From: an uncultured Vicinamibacteraceae bacterium
GTDB taxonomy: Bacteria; Acidobacteriota; Vicinamibacteria; Vicinamibacterales; UBA8438
Direction: 5' to 3'
Length of the DNA stretch: 64,000 nt
Assembly (NCBI GenBank): GCA_964646815.1
Contig: CAZYFH010000008.1
Coordinates: 8,675-72,674, forward strand
Part shown: one piece after another, positions 62,072 through 64,000 of the stretch
Position numbering within the stretch: position 1 is the stretch's first letter
Layout of the letters: each line of letters starts with the position of its first letter
Translations under genes and position numbers: made by a program
Notes under the pieces: generated by a model
Databases searched by the model: none
What the model was told of the DNA's origin: nothing
Seen by the model: the letters and a program-made list of their open reading frames with translations, nothing else

Positions 62072-62100
62072 ACTTTACCCACCAGGGTCACTAATGGCAA
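62072..62100 (-). promoter_or_regulatory. Candidate sigma70 promoter for lysR (near-leaderless)
   Basis: The minus strand reads TTGCCA, a 17-nt spacer, TAAAGT, then 8 nt and the ATG. Confidence 0.3.
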
Positions 62101-62225
62101 GTCGTCTAGATATTAATGTTTATGATTCAGTGTAGTGCCGCGCCACGGGCCGATCTAGAGATCGTTAAATTCTTGTAACATATTTACTATCATGCACTTA
62201 CGTATTTCTTGAGGAGCATTTAAAG
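62101..62225. promoter_or_regulatory. AT-rich island (two AT-rich blocks) in an otherwise GC-rich genome
   Basis: The sequences tagatattaatgtttatgattcagtgtag and gatcgttaaattcttgtaacatatttactatcatgcacttacgtatttcttgaggagcatttaaag lie upstream of lysR. They contain T-N11-A-type dyads but no clear consensus box. Confidence 0.35.
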
Positions 62226-62610
62226 TGGGGCGAGTGCCCGAACTTAAGTGGCCAACGTGCCAACGGATGTGGCGGCCTGACCCCGGACTAGGTCCGTTGA
62301 CAACGAGGTCGTCGAGGCGCAGTTGGGTGTTGCCCGTGCCCAGAGGAGAAAGATGCGCGGTTGTTCGGGTCGGTTGGATTCCGTTGGCCAGTGGTCGAGA
62401 CCCCGTTGGGCCAACGGCCTGGCGTTCACCTGCGGTCGCGCGCCCTACCGGGCGGCCGTCACGGTGCCACGCCTGTTTGGCCGCACGCTACTCTCTCGAC
62501 GACAGCTTCTGAGCGCCGTCCAAAGTGCCGAACGCGCAGCCCACGTGCCCAGCCGCAGAGTCCCGCCGTTCGCACGATCTCGAGCGTGAGATAGTCGGAA
62601 AACCCCACCG

Positions 62611-62787
62611 CTAGTGGCCTGGATCGGGTGGATCGGTAGTGGTCACCGGCGCGCGACGCCCGGCTGACAAGGCGCGACGAGGGAGGAGACGCACCGTCTG
62701 TGAATACGCTGATGCATGGTCCAGCGCCGGCCATCGCTGGATGCCCCGCCCGGTGAGGCTCTCGATTCACCTGATACAGGCCACTAT
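62611..62787 (+). mobile_element. MITE-like non-autonomous element, copy B (177 bp)
   Basis: The ends are CTAGTGGCCTGGATCGGGTGGATCG ... CGATTCACCTGATACAGGCCACTAT. It is ~85% identical to the reverse complement of copy A. The terminal CTA (62784-62786) is the TAG stop of the adjacent minus-strand gene. Confidence 0.7.
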
Positions 62788-63368
62788 CCGCCGAGCCTGC
62801 GAAGAAGGGTATCCAAGGGTGCGGCTTGAGGCACGGTGACGCTGACGGCGAGGCGGTCGTCTGCCTCGGCGTTTCTCGCGACTTCGCACGACTGCCCATC
62901 GAATAACGTGGTCGCAAACGCGAGCAGTGCCGTCTCCAGCGTGAGTGCGGCCTCATCGGTGTTCGGCGCCAGCAGCCGGTCGTTTGCGATGAGCTCAATC
63001 TCGCTACTGCGAAACCTGACCGGCGCGTCGAAGGTCGTCTCCGTCTCGAGTAGCCGCGCGGCGCCGAATAGCATCCGACACACCGCTCGAAGCCGATCCG
63101 CGAACGACCCATCGAGCGGCTGTTTCCTGGTGTAGACGAAACCGGGCCGCCCGCCCGCGTCATCGATCCCGTAGTTGCCCTCGTGCGCGACCAGTAGGAC
63201 ACGGGGGCCGTCGGTGAGGTGCGTGTAGTCCGCGACGTCGATCAGGAGGCCGTCGACGGCGCCGGTCTGGATCCAGCGATGAAAGACCGGAACGCACGCG
63301 TGAGGCGACACGACCGCCGCCGAATCCACGAAGAGCTTGAGCCCGAAGCGTTGCAGTTGCTCGACCAT
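62784..63368 (-). CDS. Hypothetical protein (194 aa)
   Basis: ATG at 63368 (MVEQLQRFGLKLFVDS...). The upstream ORF extension is Arg/Pro-rich junk. No family recognised, and the stop codon lies inside MITE copy B. Confidence 0.5.
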   Translation of the reverse strand: MVEQLQRFGLKLFVDSAAVVSPHACVPVFHRWIQTGAVDGLLIDVADYTHLTDGPRVLLVAHEGNYGIDDAGGRPGFVYTRKQPLDGSFADRLRAVCRMLFGAARLLETETTFDAPVRFRSSEIELIANDRLLAPNTDEAALTLETALLAFATTLFDGQSCEVARNAEADDRLAVSVTVPQAAPLDTLLRRLGG

Positions 63369-63410
63369 ATTTAAACGGGGCTTCACCCCGACCCCCTGCG
63401 GGCGCTGCGT

Positions 63411-63461
63411 GGGGACCCCGAGAGCCCCACTCCGCGCCCGCGAGGCGTGCTGTGCGCGCCT
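63411..63461. repeat. 51-nt GC-rich intergenic repeat, copy 2 (upstream of the 62784..63368 gene)
   Basis: GGGGACCCCGAGAGCCCCACTCCGCGCCCGCGAGGCGTGCTGTGCGCGCCT has the same orientation and a similar distance from the downstream start codon as copy 1. Confidence 0.6.
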
Positions 63462-63508
63462 TGGCCGTTCGCCACCGAGGACCCTCTCGTGTCGGCCCGC
63501 ATGAAGGT

Positions 63509-64000
63509 CTAAGAGCCAGGCGACAGCCGTGGGGCGGCGCCGGCTGATGGCGGCAGGTCGGCGATCGGGCGCACCGCCAGCCGTGCCTGGCATGCGTGGC
63601 TCGCCTCGAGGAAGAGCTGCGCCTCCTCGACGAGTCGGTGCGCCGCTTCGGCGGACGCGCGCGGTCCGTTCTCGTGGCGCCGGAACAGATACATCGCGAA
63701 CTTGCCACCGGCGAATCTGTCGAAGAAGAGCTCCGTGTTGAAGAACCGCGTTCGGAACTCCCGAACGATCACATCTGGATCGTCGGCGATGTCGACGAAC
63801 TCCGATTTAATAAGTCCCTTCGCGGCGAGGACCATCCCTCCGTAGGCGAGGGCATCCGCCCTGATCGCATCACCCGCCTCAAGTTGGAGCTGCGCCTCGA
63901 AGATTTGTGCTTCGGCCGCCGCGAGGTCGAACTCCGTCAGCGAGACCACCTCCCCGGCGCACTCGCCGACGCCCATGTCGCCGAGGGTGAACTCGCGGGG
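63509..64000 (-). CDS. C-terminal part of a larger protein (5' end outside the window), helical domain of unknown function
   Basis: The frame stays open to the window edge (...PREFTLGDMGVGECAGEVV...). The sequence is protein-like (AEAQIFEAQLQLEAGD...VREFRTRFFNTELFFDRFAGGKF...). I cannot assign a family with confidence. Confidence 0.45.
   Translation of the reverse strand, partial: PREFTLGDMGVGECAGEVVSLTEFDLAAAEAQIFEAQLQLEAGDAIRADALAYGGMVLAAKGLIKSEFVDIADDPDVIVREFRTRFFNTELFFDRFAGGKFAMYLFRRHENGPRASAEAAHRLVEEAQLFLEASHACQARLAVRPIADLPPSAGAAPRLSPGS

Noticed and set aside
62225-62610. Possible RNase P RNA, tmRNA, SRP RNA or tRNA in the ORF-free segment. It starts with GGGGCGAG, which is reminiscent of a tmRNA 5' end.
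   Set aside because: No GAGGAAAGUCCGGGC or ACAGAACCCGGCUUA (RNase P), no UUCGAC...tRNA-like 3' end with CCA (tmRNA), no GGAAGCAGCCA-type SRP domain IV, and no tRNA T-arm GGTTCGAATCC. It is kept only as an unexplained region.
1-64000. CRISPR arrays, rRNA or tRNA genes, intact transposases or prophage genes.
   Set aside because: No regularly spaced direct repeats, no rRNA/tRNA hallmarks in any intergenic region inspected, and the only recombinase-like sequence is a ~60-aa stub.

Overview
High-GC (roughly 65-70%) bacterial chromosomal segment. The gene content (a DUF1549/DUF1553 + DUF1501 pair with Planctomycete-type CxxCH motifs, several signal-peptide quinoproteins, a PEGA protein) suggests an Acidobacteriota-like soil lineage; this is inference only. 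About 50 credible CDS, no rRNA, tRNA or CRISPR seen. Main blocks are listed here. (1) 0.7-8.2 kb holds a secreted redox cluster: three co-oriented secreted proteins, including a heme-c::PHM/DBH-like copper monooxygenase fusion, plus a PQQ quinoprotein and an MBL hydrolase. (2) 9.0-10.7 kb is a decayed integration scar: a kinase 5' stub, an intact endostatin/DUF1554-like secreted gene, a serine-recombinase stub and a frameshifted DUF4126 3' part. (3) frdABCD. (4) A cytochrome c + two PQQ dehydrogenases operon with a near-consensus sigma70 promoter. (5) Desaturase, a two-component system, DUF1553/DUF1501, GGT, Tag and cyclophilin. (6) An ACT-dapB-dapA-dapD-dapE operon. (7) A TreT-like trehalose synthase operon. 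(8) A decayed NarK-type transporter. (9) A 17-kb single-strand nitrogen-assimilation supercluster: lysR-gltB-gltD-(GAF sigma54 activator)-glnD-glnB-glnA-glnE. The most unusual non-genic signal is a 178-bp MITE-like element with ~25-bp terminal inverted repeats. It is present twice in opposite orientation at ~85% identity, and each copy supplies the TAG stop codon of the adjacent gene. Two smaller intergenic repeat families, a G12 tract upstream of glnE and a 0.55-kb ORF-free stretch with an AT-rich island are also reported. CDS coordinates follow the ORF track, with starts refined where a signal peptide, SD sequence or overlap supports it. Short-motif coordinates may be off by 1-2 nt.
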